The notes below the pieces were generated by a model. It saw nothing but the letters and a program-made list of their open reading frames with translations, was not told the origin of the DNA and searched no databases. A stretch of 64,000 nt of DNA, taken from Rubripirellula sp. (GTDB lineage: Bacteria > Planctomycetota > Planctomycetia > Pirellulales > Pirellulaceae). Shown here piece by piece: positions 30,157 to 41,252 of this stretch (positions are counted from its first letter, which is position 1; every line of letters starts with the position of its first letter). A program made the translations under genes and the position numbers. The stretch covers positions 480,001-544,000 of the forward strand of contig OZ244207.1 in assembly GCA_965216875.1 (NCBI GenBank), written 5' to 3'.

Positions 30157-30259
30157 GTAGCTACGCTCGCCAGAGCGTGGTGCGCTATGGCGCGGTCTGT
30201 GCGTGGGGTGCTATCGAGCTGTTCCCGTTGGACGACCACCGTCTGGCGACGGTAGCTAC
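30157..30259. repeat. REPIN family F2 with extended spacer
   Basis: GTAGCTACGCTCGCCAGAGCGTGG ... CCACCGTCTGGCGACGGTAGCTAC. Confidence 0.88.
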
Positions 30260-30278
30260 GGAGAGATGGAAGCCGCGG

Positions 30279-30716
30279 TTACCAGCGGTGTTCTGGTCGG
30301 TCGAGGATTTCGCGAAGCAAGATTGCTTGCCGAATCCCACCGGGGCTCTTGATTAGATTGAGCAGGTCTTCCGATGGATTGCCCGACAGGACGTGTGCCA
30401 CGGCGGCCTGGGAACGTCTCGATTGGCGGACGGAGCTCGCTCGTTTCTTTGCAGCAGCCTCTGCTTCGGCAGCCGCTTTTTTTGATTCAGCAAGTTTGCG
30501 CTGCCGAGCGGCGAGAGAGTTTGTGTCGTCCTGGACCAATTCGGCTTCGGGAACGTCATCAACGATCACCGCATCGACGACGCGTTCGCGTTTGCGATCG
30601 GAGTACTGAGGCGGCTGCCGTTTTTCGGCTGCCGATGCTTGTTGGCGTTCTTGGGCCGCCTTTGCTTGACGACGCTGCGCCGCTCGTCTGAGAAAACCTT
30701 CTAAGTCGCCTGACAT
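30279..30716 (-). CDS. Conserved hypothetical protein downstream of floA (YqfB-like position)
   Basis: Charged helical protein ending AILLREILDRP, resembling the EIL..P tail of floA-operon distal genes. Confidence 0.65.
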   Translation of the reverse strand: MSGDLEGFLRRAAQRRQAKAAQERQQASAAEKRQPPQYSDRKRERVVDAVIVDDVPEAELVQDDTNSLAARQRKLAESKKAAAEAEAAAKKRASSVRQSRRSQAAVAHVLSGNPSEDLLNLIKSPGGIRQAILLREILDRPEHRW

Positions 30717-30734
30717 GATCGATCCCGCCGGTCG

Positions 30735-31796
30735 CTACGCTTGTTCAAGTTTCTCGGTGGCTTCGTTGGCACCATGGGCAAGTGACTTACGCATTTCGGT
30801 ATCGGCACTTACGTTTTGCAATTTGTAGTAATCCAAAATGTGCAATTTGCCGCTACGGAAGGCATCCGCCATTGCGCGTGGCACGGCGGCTTGAGCCTTG
30901 ACCACCGAGGCGCGGCTCTCTTCGATTCGAGCTTGGTTTTCTTGTTCTTCGGCAACTGCCGCGGCACGTTTGCCTTCGGCGCGGGCTCGAGCAACTTGGG
31001 TGTCGGCTTCGGCTTGGTCGGCTTGTAGTCGTGCACCAATGTTGGCACCAACATCAATGTCAGCGATATCGATCGATACGATTTCGAACGCGGTTTGTGA
31101 ATCGAGACGCTTCGCCAATACCGCTTTGGAGATCACGTCGGGATTCTCGAGGACGGCTTTGTGATCTTCGGCACTACCGATGGCGCTGACGATGCCTTCG
31201 CCGACACGAGCGATGATCGTTTCTTCGGTTGCACCACCGATCAATTGTTGCAAGTTTGCTCGCACCGTTACTCGAGCTTTGACCTTTAATTGAATTCCAT
31301 CTTTTGCAACGGCATCGAGAGATGGCTTTGCAGCTCCGCGCGGCGGGCAGTCAATCACTTTGGGGTAGACACTTGTTTGGACGGATTCAAGAACGTCGCG
31401 ACCCGCGAGGTCGATTGCGGTCGCTTCGCGGAAGGTGAGCGAGATCGTTTTCGCTTTCTTGGCGGCGATCAGAGCGCGAATGACTTGCTGCACATTCCCG
31501 CCGGCAAGGTAGTGGGCTTCGAGTGCGGCACTGGTCAATTCGGGATCGGCCAGACCAGCTTGCGTGGCCATGATTTTCGATCGCACGATGCGCCTTGAAT
31601 CGACGCGACGGAAGGTCATCCCGAGCAAGTTCCAGAACGTGATGTTGGCACGCGTCAGCTGCGACTGGATCCAAAGATTGAAGTAGCGTGCGAACACCAA
31701 CAACATGACGAACAAAACGCCGAAGCCGACGATGGCAAGGATCAGGGAGCCTGTGGTGAGGTCAATTTGCGCCAGTAGGGTTGAATCGAACATCAT
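30735..31796 (-). CDS. floA: Flotillin-like protein FloA (UPF0365/YqfA)
   Basis: [52 protein letters not shown]. Confidence 0.93.
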   Translation of the reverse strand: MMFDSTLLAQIDLTTGSLILAIVGFGVLFVMLLVFARYFNLWIQSQLTRANITFWNLLGMTFRRVDSRRIVRSKIMATQAGLADPELTSAALEAHYLAGGNVQQVIRALIAAKKAKTISLTFREATAIDLAGRDVLESVQTSVYPKVIDCPPRGAAKPSLDAVAKDGIQLKVKARVTVRANLQQLIGGATEETIIARVGEGIVSAIGSAEDHKAVLENPDVISKAVLAKRLDSQTAFEIVSIDIADIDVGANIGARLQADQAEADTQVARARAEGKRAAAVAEEQENQARIEESRASVVKAQAAVPRAMADAFRSGKLHILDYYKLQNVSADTEMRKSLAHGANEATEKLEQA

Positions 31797-31889
31797 CCGG
31801 CATCCTTCAAGTGGTATTGTTCGGCAAGTTGCGTGTCATCAATGTCATGCCCCCCGCTTGTGGTGTCAACGGTACCGCGGGTGCATCGG

Positions 31890-32465
31890 TCACTCAAAAT
31901 CGAATGAATCGAGTGGCTGTTCGAGTGATGGTGGTGATTGCGGCAGGTCCGGCGTTTCTTCGGTTTCATCGTCGTGGGCAGCTCGAACGTGGATTTTCCC
32001 GGCTTCGGCGCTGGTCACAATCACTCTTGTGCCGTTGTCAATGGGCATGCCCGTGCTGACGGCGTCGAGTTTCATGTTGCCGATACGGACGAGCCCACTG
32101 GGCAGCAGGTCGCTTTTCGCGATTCCAATTCGGCCCACAAGGTCTTTCAGTGGCGTGCCATCAGCAGCGGTACTTGTAGGGGCCTCAATCGGATCGTCAT
32201 CGGGGCGCCGATTTAGCATTCTTCGTCCGATCGGTGTGTGCGGCCAATAGCGGATCATGGCCACAAAGACGATCGGTGTGGTCAGCAGAGCAAAGCTCGT
32301 GACACTGATTCCGAGCCACCAGCTGTGGGCAAAGGCGATCGCAATCGCGGCAACCAAAGTGGCTACCGCAGCAGCCCCGAGCAAACCGCCCGTCGGCAAC
32401 AGGAATTCGGTCACCAACAAAAGGTAAAACAGAACCAGCAAGATGATGGCGTAGACCAGCTGCAT
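31890..32465 (-). CDS. nfeD: Short NfeD-family membrane protein (OB-fold C-terminus)
   Basis: 3 TMs with EFLLPTGG; LVGRIGIAKSDLLPSGLVRIG. Confidence 0.85.
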   Translation of the reverse strand: MQLVYAIILLVLFYLLLVTEFLLPTGGLLGAAAVATLVAAIAIAFAHSWWLGISVTSFALLTTPIVFVAMIRYWPHTPIGRRMLNRRPDDDPIEAPTSTAADGTPLKDLVGRIGIAKSDLLPSGLVRIGNMKLDAVSTGMPIDNGTRVIVTSAEAGKIHVRAAHDDETEETPDLPQSPPSLEQPLDSFDFE

Positions 32466-34687
32466 CAGGCTTCGATCGCCTCAACCACAACCCGATTCGC
32501 GTGAACCTCGATCACGTGAACCAATTCGCCTTCAGACAATGCCGACCCATCGCTCACCACTTGAACCACTTCGTCGCCAAACTTTGCTTTTCCTGAAGGG
32601 CGAAGTGGGGTCGTTGCCGTTCCTTGGCGGCCAAGTAAGTAGCTGTAGTCGACGATTTTTTCTTGTTCGCTGATCATCGCTTCGTCGGACGCTTCCATCA
32701 CGAGACCTCGGAACAGGGGCACGTGTGGGAGCATGATACGCATCAATAGAAATCCGCCAACCAACCCACAGGTTCCGCCAAGGGCCAGCCACACCCCTTG
32801 GGTCAGGACCTCCAGCTGATAGGTGTTTTTGGGGATCACAAACGTTTGGCTCATCAGAACGACTCCCAGCACCGTCAGCGCGAGGCCGCCGATTCCGAAG
32901 ACGCCAAATCCCGGGACAAGAAATATCTCGATCGCGATGCAGATGATGCCGAGCGAAAAGCAGACCAGTTCCAACCACTCCGCCGTGCCCGCGAGAAACT
33001 TCATCCAGAAATAGAGCGCGAAGCAGACCAACGCAATGAATCCTGGGAAGCTAAGCCCGGGTGCGTTCGCTTCGGCCGAGAGGGCTGAAAACCCTATGAA
33101 CAAAAGAAAGAAGGCAAGCGTGTTGCTGCGACCAAGGTCTTCGACAAATTGGATGAATCCACGATCGGTCACAGGCGGCGGCGTGCCGCTTAAGCCGACA
33201 CGTCGAGACGTGTCTTCGACACTGCGCGATTCGCCATCGGCCAAGCCGAGGTTGATCGCTTCGGCCGCCGTGAGTCCTTCGGAAAGGTCAATGCGCTCAC
33301 CACGTTCCCACCTTTCACGCTCGGCGTCGGGATCGTCAACGTTGGCGATCAAATCGGCTTCGGTCGCATAACGAACACGTCCCGTTTTTCGGTTGGTGTA
33401 TCGAAACACCTCAAGCTGAGGGTCCAACATTCCAAGCATCAATGCTGGCGATCGCTTTGTGGAACGACCAACCTCTTCAATCAATTCGCGATACCGCTCA
33501 AGCTGTTCGGGCGAAACCTGTTCGGCTCCTTCACCGCCAATCCGCGAGTCGGGAGTCATGAAGAGCGGTTTGCAGGAAAGAGCAATCAGCGCCGCGTCGC
33601 CCCTTGCTTCGCCTCGAATCAATCCGGCGACTGATCGAAGTGGGGGTTCGGGTTGGGCGAACCAACCTGCCAGCGAAGCACTGTCACTCAGGCTGCCGCC
33701 TGCCGAATCGATCGAGATCACCCACGTATCGATATTGCCGGCGTCCAGCGTTGAGGAGAGGTTGGACTGCCATCGCCGAGCGCGATTACGGGCAATGACG
33801 CCTGAGATTTCGAGATAGACCCCCGCGGCTTCACCTGCGGCGACACGGTCGCTGATCGGATTCAATTCCGCCAAGTCCAAGATTTCTGCGGCTTCATCGA
33901 TGGAATCAAGCGACGCGGCTGCAATTCGTGCCGAACGCAGTCTCACCGCGTCCACGACGAGCGGTGCGCCCGATGCGCTCCAGCTCTCTTCCTCGAGCAC
34001 TTCGCTCGCTTCACGTAGGCGTTTCAGTTCATCGCCAGCGGCAAAGACGCGACCACCACCCACTTTGGAAACTTCAGCAACCTCGACATCGCGATCGACC
34101 AACCCTTCGATGATGGCGGGGGGAAACAACCCGCGTCTGGCGGCGATCGATTGATAAGTCAATTGGATCGTTTCGTCGCTTGATGATTCGCCAGCCGATG
34201 CATTGCCGATCACCGCGTCACCCGAAACCAAGAGCAAGTCGGACGCAATGATTGGCAAAACCGAGTGCCCGATGACTTCGCACTCAACAAGCGAGACGAC
34301 TCGCAATTGCCGAAGTTCAGGCTGAGCAAGCGCCCGCGCGACTTTCAGTGCGTCTTCAAACGCCGTCTCGCGGCCGGCGTCTGGTTCGTGGTCAGCATAG
34401 CGCAGCACGACCGTCGTCCGCTCACCCTCGGGCGCACCCTCGCCGAGCCGTACAAGTTGATCAAGTAACGTCGACGCCGCACGGCTTTCCAGTGGAACGG
34501 GGACATCGATCTGGTAGCCAATCTTGGTTTCGCCGGGCTGTTGGGCGTGGGCCGACGGCCCTGAATCGAATCGAAGCCCAGACGGCAACGGCAGCCCCGT
34601 GGCCATCGCAAGCCAAACGCTCAGCGCAAGCCATGCGGTTGCTGCGAAGCTCCTTCGCAACCGATTGTTGGCTCGTTGACTGACCAC
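32465..34687 (-). CDS. nfeD: Long NfeD-family protein with two ClpP-like domains, TM region and OB fold
   Basis: IDSAGG, EIFLVPGFGVFG, GTATTPLRPSGKA; GTG 34687 chosen for its GGAG RBS and upstream TATAAT. Confidence 0.82.
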   Translation of the reverse strand: MVSQRANNRLRRSFAATAWLALSVWLAMATGLPLPSGLRFDSGPSAHAQQPGETKIGYQIDVPVPLESRAASTLLDQLVRLGEGAPEGERTTVVLRYADHEPDAGRETAFEDALKVARALAQPELRQLRVVSLVECEVIGHSVLPIIASDLLLVSGDAVIGNASAGESSSDETIQLTYQSIAARRGLFPPAIIEGLVDRDVEVAEVSKVGGGRVFAAGDELKRLREASEVLEEESWSASGAPLVVDAVRLRSARIAAASLDSIDEAAEILDLAELNPISDRVAAGEAAGVYLEISGVIARNRARRWQSNLSSTLDAGNIDTWVISIDSAGGSLSDSASLAGWFAQPEPPLRSVAGLIRGEARGDAALIALSCKPLFMTPDSRIGGEGAEQVSPEQLERYRELIEEVGRSTKRSPALMLGMLDPQLEVFRYTNRKTGRVRYATEADLIANVDDPDAERERWERGERIDLSEGLTAAEAINLGLADGESRSVEDTSRRVGLSGTPPPVTDRGFIQFVEDLGRSNTLAFFLLFIGFSALSAEANAPGLSFPGFIALVCFALYFWMKFLAGTAEWLELVCFSLGIICIAIEIFLVPGFGVFGIGGLALTVLGVVLMSQTFVIPKNTYQLEVLTQGVWLALGGTCGLVGGFLLMRIMLPHVPLFRGLVMEASDEAMISEQEKIVDYSYLLGRQGTATTPLRPSGKAKFGDEVVQVVSDGSALSEGELVHVIEVHANRVVVEAIEA

Positions 34688-34724
34688 TTTTCGCTCCAAA
34701 AGTAAACCGTTCCTCATCATTGCA

Positions 34725-34833
34725 ATTATAGGGCTCCAGCCAGGAAGAAAACTGGCGCTGGAATGCTTTTTGAGCCCGCGTGGACGCAGATTCGCCCGTG
34801 TGGACGCTGATTCGCCCGTGAGGACGCTAATTC
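34725..34833 (-). promoter_or_regulatory. Putative nfeD-floA promoter: TATAAT (34730-34725) plus three 20-bp direct repeats (34774-34833)
   Basis: Perfect -10 on the minus strand with a poor -35; repeats GCCCGyGwGGACGCwrATTC x3. Confidence 0.5.
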
Positions 34834-34874
34834 GATTGTGGGGCACTCAACGAAGCCGCGATGACAACCAGGAA

Positions 34875-36455
34875 TTACTCGCGATTCCACCAGATCGACA
34901 AGTCGGGTTGTGCCGGCCCGTCGCGGAGAAAGGTTCCGACAGCAAAATCCTGGCGACCATCTTCGTCAAAGTCGCCGACTTCGACGGAAATGTGCTGGTG
35001 CAACTTACCCTCGACCTTTGTCGGCGTGAACGTTCCATCCTTTTCTTGCGTGAACATGACGACGCTCGTCGAATCTTTGGCCGCGAGCTCACGCAAAACG
35101 TCACCCGCCAAAAGTGAGACGGCAACGACATCAAGGTCGCCATCGTGATCAAAGTCTGCCGCCTGTGCGCCTAACACTCCAGGCATCAAACCGATGTGGT
35201 GATGGGTGTAGGGGAAGCTTCCCTCGTTCTCGAGCCACTGCACGCTGTGATGCGGTTTTGGCCCGCGATCAAACGAATCGCCGTTGGTGAAAAGAATGTC
35301 CATGTCGCCGTCCAGGTCCATGTCGACCAACTCGATGCCACTCGAACCATAGGCCGGATCGGGCGCCTGGTAGATGACTTCGCTTTTGAAGTTACCGGTG
35401 CCGTCGCCAAGGAACGCCTCGACAACCTCGTAGTCTTGGCTGATCAAATTGACGAAATCGAGGTGGCCGTCGCCATTGAGATCAATCGGCGGGACATCAA
35501 CGGGGCCATGACGCGCATCGATCTGACGCATTTCAAATTGAGGAACACCGCTGGCGTCCTTTCCAGTGTTTTCCATCAGGACCGTTTGGCCGGTGGCACG
35601 CCATCCAAACACGGCAACAATCAAATCCTCGTCACCATCACCGTCGAAATCTCCCGCCCGCGCATCGGCAACGCGGCTAAGCCCTTCACGCAAGACGATC
35701 GATTCGAAGCGATCTTCTTGGGGAACGTTTCGCAACCAAACAACACGCCCCAAATCGCTGTCGTTGGCATTGAATTCACCAATGTCCGAAACGATCAGGT
35801 CCGGGTGTCCGTCACCGTCAAGATCGCAAGGTTCCACACTTACCGGCTGGAGCAAGGTTGCAAGTCGCTCGGTAGGTGATCCTTTTTCCCGAGGCCAATG
35901 TGCCATCACAGCACCCGTGTTGATGTTGCAGTAAACGATCGCGGGCGAGTCTTTGATGCCCAGATCAATCCAACGAACATTGGTCACCGCCGGCGGTCGC
36001 CGACTTGAAAACGACACATCCGTTCGCTCGAGCGAAAGCTTGGTGTCGGGGTAGCCATAGGTTGATTCAGGCAATTCGACGCGATCGGGCGCTTGGTACT
36101 GAAAGAACTTGAGGACTTCCTCTTGATCGGGAACTGCAAGGTCTTTTCGTCCAGAAGTGCGGTAGAGCATGAAGCCCTGTTCGACTTCTTCGACCCAGTC
36201 TTCACGACTGGAACTCTGAGGACGCGGCATCACATGGCAATCCGCGCAAAACGCTTTGACCTCTTCTCGTTTGGCGGAGACAAATTGCTCACGCTCGGCA
36301 GCCGCTTCTTTCTCTGCCGCTTCGAGATTGGGGTCGATTGCTTCGATCGGTGTTGTCGATTTGTCTGGCAGCGCGGCAGGCTGTTCTTTGGAACACCCGC
36401 CGACCAGGGCAACAAATGCCAGAACGAAAAGAGCTTTTTCGACGTAAATCCGCAT
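34875..36455 (-). CDS. FG-GAP/VCBS-repeat lipoprotein with one CxxCH heme c motif
   Basis: Lipobox VGGC, CADCH, several DxDGDGxxD repeats. Confidence 0.85.
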   Translation of the reverse strand: MRIYVEKALFVLAFVALVGGCSKEQPAALPDKSTTPIEAIDPNLEAAEKEAAAEREQFVSAKREEVKAFCADCHVMPRPQSSSREDWVEEVEQGFMLYRTSGRKDLAVPDQEEVLKFFQYQAPDRVELPESTYGYPDTKLSLERTDVSFSSRRPPAVTNVRWIDLGIKDSPAIVYCNINTGAVMAHWPREKGSPTERLATLLQPVSVEPCDLDGDGHPDLIVSDIGEFNANDSDLGRVVWLRNVPQEDRFESIVLREGLSRVADARAGDFDGDGDEDLIVAVFGWRATGQTVLMENTGKDASGVPQFEMRQIDARHGPVDVPPIDLNGDGHLDFVNLISQDYEVVEAFLGDGTGNFKSEVIYQAPDPAYGSSGIELVDMDLDGDMDILFTNGDSFDRGPKPHHSVQWLENEGSFPYTHHHIGLMPGVLGAQAADFDHDGDLDVVAVSLLAGDVLRELAAKDSTSVVMFTQEKDGTFTPTKVEGKLHQHISVEVGDFDEDGRQDFAVGTFLRDGPAQPDLSIWWNRE

Positions 36456-36750
36456 GATGGCTGGAATGAATAAGCGGCCGAGAAGGATTGTTTGGTACGC
36501 AACCAATTTGAATTATATCGCAGTGGCGATTCCACACTGTTCTTCTGCGCGAAGGCGTTTTGCCACACCAAGTGGCCGGGTGTATTTGCAGGCCGCGAGT
36601 TTGTCGTGCCGAGCTCTGCCACCGAAAACCGCCGACCGACACGTTGAACCGAAAAATGATAAGGTCAAACAACGGCCGCCGATGGCTCTTTCGGGCTGGG
36701 GTGGACGAGGCATCCTGCGCTAGCTGGTACTACCAACGGTTCTGTCCAAC

Positions 36751-39700
36751 ATGACACTGACATTTTCACTGATCCACTCCACCCAAAAAGTCGGGCTCGC
36801 GACGTTGTTTGTTGCACTGATGGTTTTGGGGTGCAGCAAAGAACCGACGACCACAGCCAAACCGGCCGAGGCCGATCCGCCCAATCCCTACCGTGCCATG
36901 AAGGCAGCGGTACGAAAGGGCCAATGGAAAGAGGCGTGGAAGCACAGCGAAGCGGTGCTGGTCAATCATCCAGATGAACCTGAGGTGTTGGCGGCGGTCG
37001 CGCGGATTGCCCATGAAAACCAAGAGCCTGACAAAGCCGCCGATCTATTGGTCGCGGCGTGTCGCGCCGAATCGTTCCGCCAATCCAAACGCGTTCAGCA
37101 AGCGATGGTCGGATTGATCGGTGTCGGGCGTTTACATGAAGGCATGCTGATGCTCGAAGATGCGGTCGCCGCTCAGCCGGACCAGCACGAGACGCGTCGG
37201 TGGCTCTACGATTTTTACATGGGCACGGAAAACCGTTTGGCCGGGTTGGAACATGGCCGAACGTTGGTCCGCAATCGCCAGTTTGACCTCGAGCTATTGC
37301 TTGAACTCAGCAACACGCAGCGTCGCAGTTTGGACGCCGACCCGCTGGTCGAAATGACCAAACGCAATCCGAACGACAAGCGTCCGCAACTCGGGCCAGC
37401 GAAAACGAGCTTTGACGAAGGCGATTATGAAAAAGCCATCGAGACGCTTGGCGAGATCGTCGCGGCTCATCCCGACTACGGTCCGGCGCAGTCTCTTCTT
37501 GGACGATGCCTCGCCACCGTTGCCCGTTGGGATGAGTACGAAGCCTGGATTGACGGCCAAACATCCGAGATCGAAGCCTATCCCAACTATTGGATCAGTC
37601 TCGGTGATTGGGCGAGCGCAAAGCAACAGCCGGCAGCGGCTGCTCGGGCCTACTGGGAATCGTGTCGGCGCGATCCCGACATCGAAGAATCGTGGTTGAA
37701 GCTCGGGAAGACGCTGCGACTATTGCGCGACAATGGTGGCGCCGTGATTGCCGACGACGAGCTTTTGATGATCGAAAACCGAACGAGCCTGCTTAGCAAA
37801 CTGAACCAAGAAAAACACCGCTTCACCCGAACGGGCAAAATCTCTCGCGCGACCGCCAATGAAATCGTGCTCACTCTTGATCGGCTGGGACGGCTTTGGG
37901 AGGCCGAGGCTTGGGCGGCAGTCGCGTTGACGCTTCCGGAAGATGACGCGATCGATATCGAAGCGACGCGCGCCGCCGTGGTCGCCAAACTGCAACCAGA
38001 ATTGCCTTGGCAGACCGATCGAGATCACCCTGAATTGTTGATCGATTATTCGTCGTTGGCACTGCCGGCGATCATCGAATCGGATCCGTCCCAGCAACGT
38101 AAGGCGTCTCTGCCAAAGGTTGCCGAACCGGGGAAGATCGCCTTGGTCAATGAAGCCAAACAACGCGGACTCGACTTTTTCGGTCGCACGAGCGACACGC
38201 TCGACCAGCCTGGCATTATGCTCTTTCGCACCCTTGGGTGCGGCGGCGGATCGATCGATTATGACCTCGACGGTTGGACCGACCTCTACCTGGTTGCCGC
38301 CGGTGGGACACCTCCCAAGAACGATTCGGAACCAAACGAATTGATGCGCAATCTGAGTGGTTCATTTAGAAAAACAGCGGAACTCGCTGGTGTCGCCGAT
38401 ACCCATTTTGGCCAAGGCGTTGCCGTTGGCGACGTGAACGAAGATGGTTTCCCGGACCTGCTTGTTCTCAATTACGGCCCGAACACGCTCTACATCAACA
38501 ATGGCGACGGCACGTTCCAAGATGCGTCGGCACGTCTGGCGAACAACGGCGATACTTGGTCGACCAGTGCGGCGATTGCTGACATCGACGGCGATCAGTT
38601 AAGCGACATTGTGGTCGTCAACTATTGCGCTGGGTTTGAACCGGTCACCCGTCCCTGTCCCATGAAGGGAACGGACATCGCGCGTTCTTGTACGCCCGTT
38701 AAATTCGAAGCGGCGTCCGACCAATTCTTCAGATGCAAGCCAGATGGCTCGTTCGGTGACGCAACCGAAACCTGGCAAGCCAATCCAACCGTGCCGGGAC
38801 GCGGGCTCGGAATCGTAGCCGGATCGTTGGACCAAAGCGAAGGCACCGATGTCTTTATCGCCAATGACATGACCAACAATCACTTTTGGAAGCTCGCCGC
38901 ATCCAACGCCGCCAACACCGTCCTTTCGGATTGCGCGATCGTGTGCGGCCTCGCTGGCGACGATCGGTCACTCGCCCAAGGTTCGATGGGAATCGCAGTT
39001 GCCGACTTGGACCGCGATCTAGATATCGATGTCTTCGTCACTAACTTCGAAGGCGAATACAACACGTATCACGAGCAACGGTTTCCGGGAATCTGGCAAG
39101 ACCGCACCTCCAGTTTGCAGCTGCACACGCCCACTCTCCCGTTGGTCGGTTTTGGCACAGCGGCAATCGATTTGGATCACAACGGACTTGACGAATTGCT
39201 CATTGCCAATGGCCACGTCGAGATCTTTCAACGGGGCGATGAAAAATCGCTGTACGAACAGCCAATGCAGCTCTTTCAACGGACGCCCAGCGGTGGCTTT
39301 GAAGACATTGCGCCGGCCGTCGAAAGCACCTACCTCCAGGCGTCGCATGTCGGCCGCGCCCTTTGGTCACTCGACGCCAACGGCGACTCAATGGTCGATT
39401 TTGCGGTCACTCACCAAACCGAACCCGTTGCGCTGTTGATCAACCAGAGTGAAGCGAAGGGCAATTGGATCGCTCTCGAGCTCGTCGGTACCGAGTCGGC
39501 CCGTGATGCGATCGGAACACAAGTGATCGTGCGCTGTGACGGCAAGAGCTGGATGGCGGGGCGGACCAGCGGTGATGGGTATCTCTGCAGCGACGAAGCG
39601 ACCCTAAGAGTCGGGCTGGGCGATGCCTCGGGACCGTGCGACGTCGAGATTCGCTGGCCTAGCGGAGAGCAGCAATCTCACCGTGGATTGATGCCCAACC

Positions 39701-39771
39701 GCACGTGGTTGTGCGTCGAATCGCAGGAATTGCCGCATTCTGGCGACGATCCCCAGGATGGGGGTGTGTAA
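36751..39771 (+). CDS. TPR + FG-GAP (CRTAC1-like) + ASPIC/UnbV domain lipoprotein
   Basis: Lipobox VLGC; TPR-like helices; DYDLDGWTDLY, GDVNEDGFPD; C-terminal RDAIG...GDGYLCS...VEIRWPSG. Confidence 0.88.
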   Translation: MTLTFSLIHSTQKVGLATLFVALMVLGCSKEPTTTAKPAEADPPNPYRAMKAAVRKGQWKEAWKHSEAVLVNHPDEPEVLAAVARIAHENQEPDKAADLLVAACRAESFRQSKRVQQAMVGLIGVGRLHEGMLMLEDAVAAQPDQHETRRWLYDFYMGTENRLAGLEHGRTLVRNRQFDLELLLELSNTQRRSLDADPLVEMTKRNPNDKRPQLGPAKTSFDEGDYEKAIETLGEIVAAHPDYGPAQSLLGRCLATVARWDEYEAWIDGQTSEIEAYPNYWISLGDWASAKQQPAAAARAYWESCRRDPDIEESWLKLGKTLRLLRDNGGAVIADDELLMIENRTSLLSKLNQEKHRFTRTGKISRATANEIVLTLDRLGRLWEAEAWAAVALTLPEDDAIDIEATRAAVVAKLQPELPWQTDRDHPELLIDYSSLALPAIIESDPSQQRKASLPKVAEPGKIALVNEAKQRGLDFFGRTSDTLDQPGIMLFRTLGCGGGSIDYDLDGWTDLYLVAAGGTPPKNDSEPNELMRNLSGSFRKTAELAGVADTHFGQGVAVGDVNEDGFPDLLVLNYGPNTLYINNGDGTFQDASARLANNGDTWSTSAAIADIDGDQLSDIVVVNYCAGFEPVTRPCPMKGTDIARSCTPVKFEAASDQFFRCKPDGSFGDATETWQANPTVPGRGLGIVAGSLDQSEGTDVFIANDMTNNHFWKLAASNAANTVLSDCAIVCGLAGDDRSLAQGSMGIAVADLDRDLDIDVFVTNFEGEYNTYHEQRFPGIWQDRTSSLQLHTPTLPLVGFGTAAIDLDHNGLDELLIANGHVEIFQRGDEKSLYEQPMQLFQRTPSGGFEDIAPAVESTYLQASHVGRALWSLDANGDSMVDFAVTHQTEPVALLINQSEAKGNWIALELVGTESARDAIGTQVIVRCDGKSWMAGRTSGDGYLCSDEATLRVGLGDASGPCDVEIRWPSGEQQSHRGLMPNRTWLCVESQELPHSGDDPQDGGV

Positions 39772-39947
39772 CCATCTGTAAAATTATTAACCCAAATTTT
39801 GAACCTAGATAGCTTTTCTTGATTGTTCGCGGCTTTTTGTCGCGAGATAATTCAGGCCTCGAGGTGATGTCGGGTGCAATGGTCACCCCCATCCGCGAAA
39901 CGCTCGTCGCGTTCGCATTTTTTTGTTTCATTTTTCGAGGACTGGTT

Positions 39948-41222
39948 ATGAACGTTCGAAAAAGACAAGGTTTCACCTTGGTCGAGCTGCTGGTGGTCAT
40001 TGCGATCATTGGCGTTCTGGTCGGGCTATTGCTGCCGGCTGTTCAAGCCGCACGTGAAGCCGCGCGTCGAATGAGTTGCAGTAACAATTTCAAGCAAATT
40101 GGATTGGCGATTCACAACTACCACAGCGCATACAAGCAACTGCCGCTCCATGGTTCAGGAACGGTTGACTTTGTTGATCCCACGCGCGGACAAAACGATG
40201 TTCACTGGTGGGGTAACTACACCGACCACAACTACTGGCGGTTGAGCTACCTGGTGGGGATCTCGCCGTTTATGGAGCAGCAGGCGCTTTGGGAGCAAAT
40301 CAGCAACCCAAGCCTGGAAAACTCGGATGGATCGCTGCGTGATCCAAATGAACCTTCGCCAGCCGCTGGTGGACCATGGCCACCGATGGGGCCATCGCCA
40401 CAGCAGATTCAGTACATCCCGTGGCTGTCACAGATTCCAACGCTTCGTTGTCCAAGCGACCCGGGTCAGGGTCTACCGGCACTCGGCCGTACGAACTATG
40501 CATCCTGCCATGGCGATTCGTTCTGGCGCACGATGCACGGATTCAATCGGCCTCAATTGCCGCCGAACCACAACGTCAACCGCAACTACAACATCCAGTC
40601 GCGGTCGGCCAATCGTGGTGTGTTTGTGATGCGTCAGGAGATGAAGTTCCGCGACATCCTTGACGGGTTGGCCAACACCATCATGGCAGGTGAAATCGCG
40701 ACGGACTTGGGTGATCGCGACACGCGTACGGTCGGTGCTCGCCATCCTGATCGCCAACCTGCACAAGCTCTGATGCGAGACAATCCGAATCTGTGCGTCG
40801 AAGAAGCTTCGATTCCGATGGTCGACCCTCAACGGCCATTGTTCTGGAGTGCTGGCAACAGTTTCGAAGGCGTTTCACAACGTCGTGGCTATCGCTGGGC
40901 TGATTCCAATCAGATCTTCACAGTGATGCATACGATCCTGCCGCCTAACTCGCCAATCTGTATCGCCCACGCATCGAACGGTCAGGCATTGATGACGGCA
41001 TCAAGTCGTCACCAAGGTGGCGTTCATGTCTTGATGGCCGACGGTGCGGTGATCTTCATGAGCGATTCTGTTGAAGCTGGCAACCGAAACAACGCGGTTG
41101 TCTGGCAAAGCGGCACACCAGCACTCAACAATGTCCGCGGACAAGAAAGTCCCTTTGGACTTTGGGGCGCGCTGGGTACGCGAGCAAGCAAAGAGGTCAT
41201 CGAAGAAGAGTTGAATCAGTAG
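39948..41222 (+). CDS. DUF1559 protein with prepilin-type N-terminal motif and H-X9-DG motif
   Basis: [39 protein letters not shown] before ATG 39948. Confidence 0.92.
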   Translation: MNVRKRQGFTLVELLVVIAIIGVLVGLLLPAVQAAREAARRMSCSNNFKQIGLAIHNYHSAYKQLPLHGSGTVDFVDPTRGQNDVHWWGNYTDHNYWRLSYLVGISPFMEQQALWEQISNPSLENSDGSLRDPNEPSPAAGGPWPPMGPSPQQIQYIPWLSQIPTLRCPSDPGQGLPALGRTNYASCHGDSFWRTMHGFNRPQLPPNHNVNRNYNIQSRSANRGVFVMRQEMKFRDILDGLANTIMAGEIATDLGDRDTRTVGARHPDRQPAQALMRDNPNLCVEEASIPMVDPQRPLFWSAGNSFEGVSQRRGYRWADSNQIFTVMHTILPPNSPICIAHASNGQALMTASSRHQGGVHVLMADGAVIFMSDSVEAGNRNNAVVWQSGTPALNNVRGQESPFGLWGALGTRASKEVIEEELNQ

Positions 41223-41252
41223 TCTTGATTTCAACTTGAACATGATCAAACG

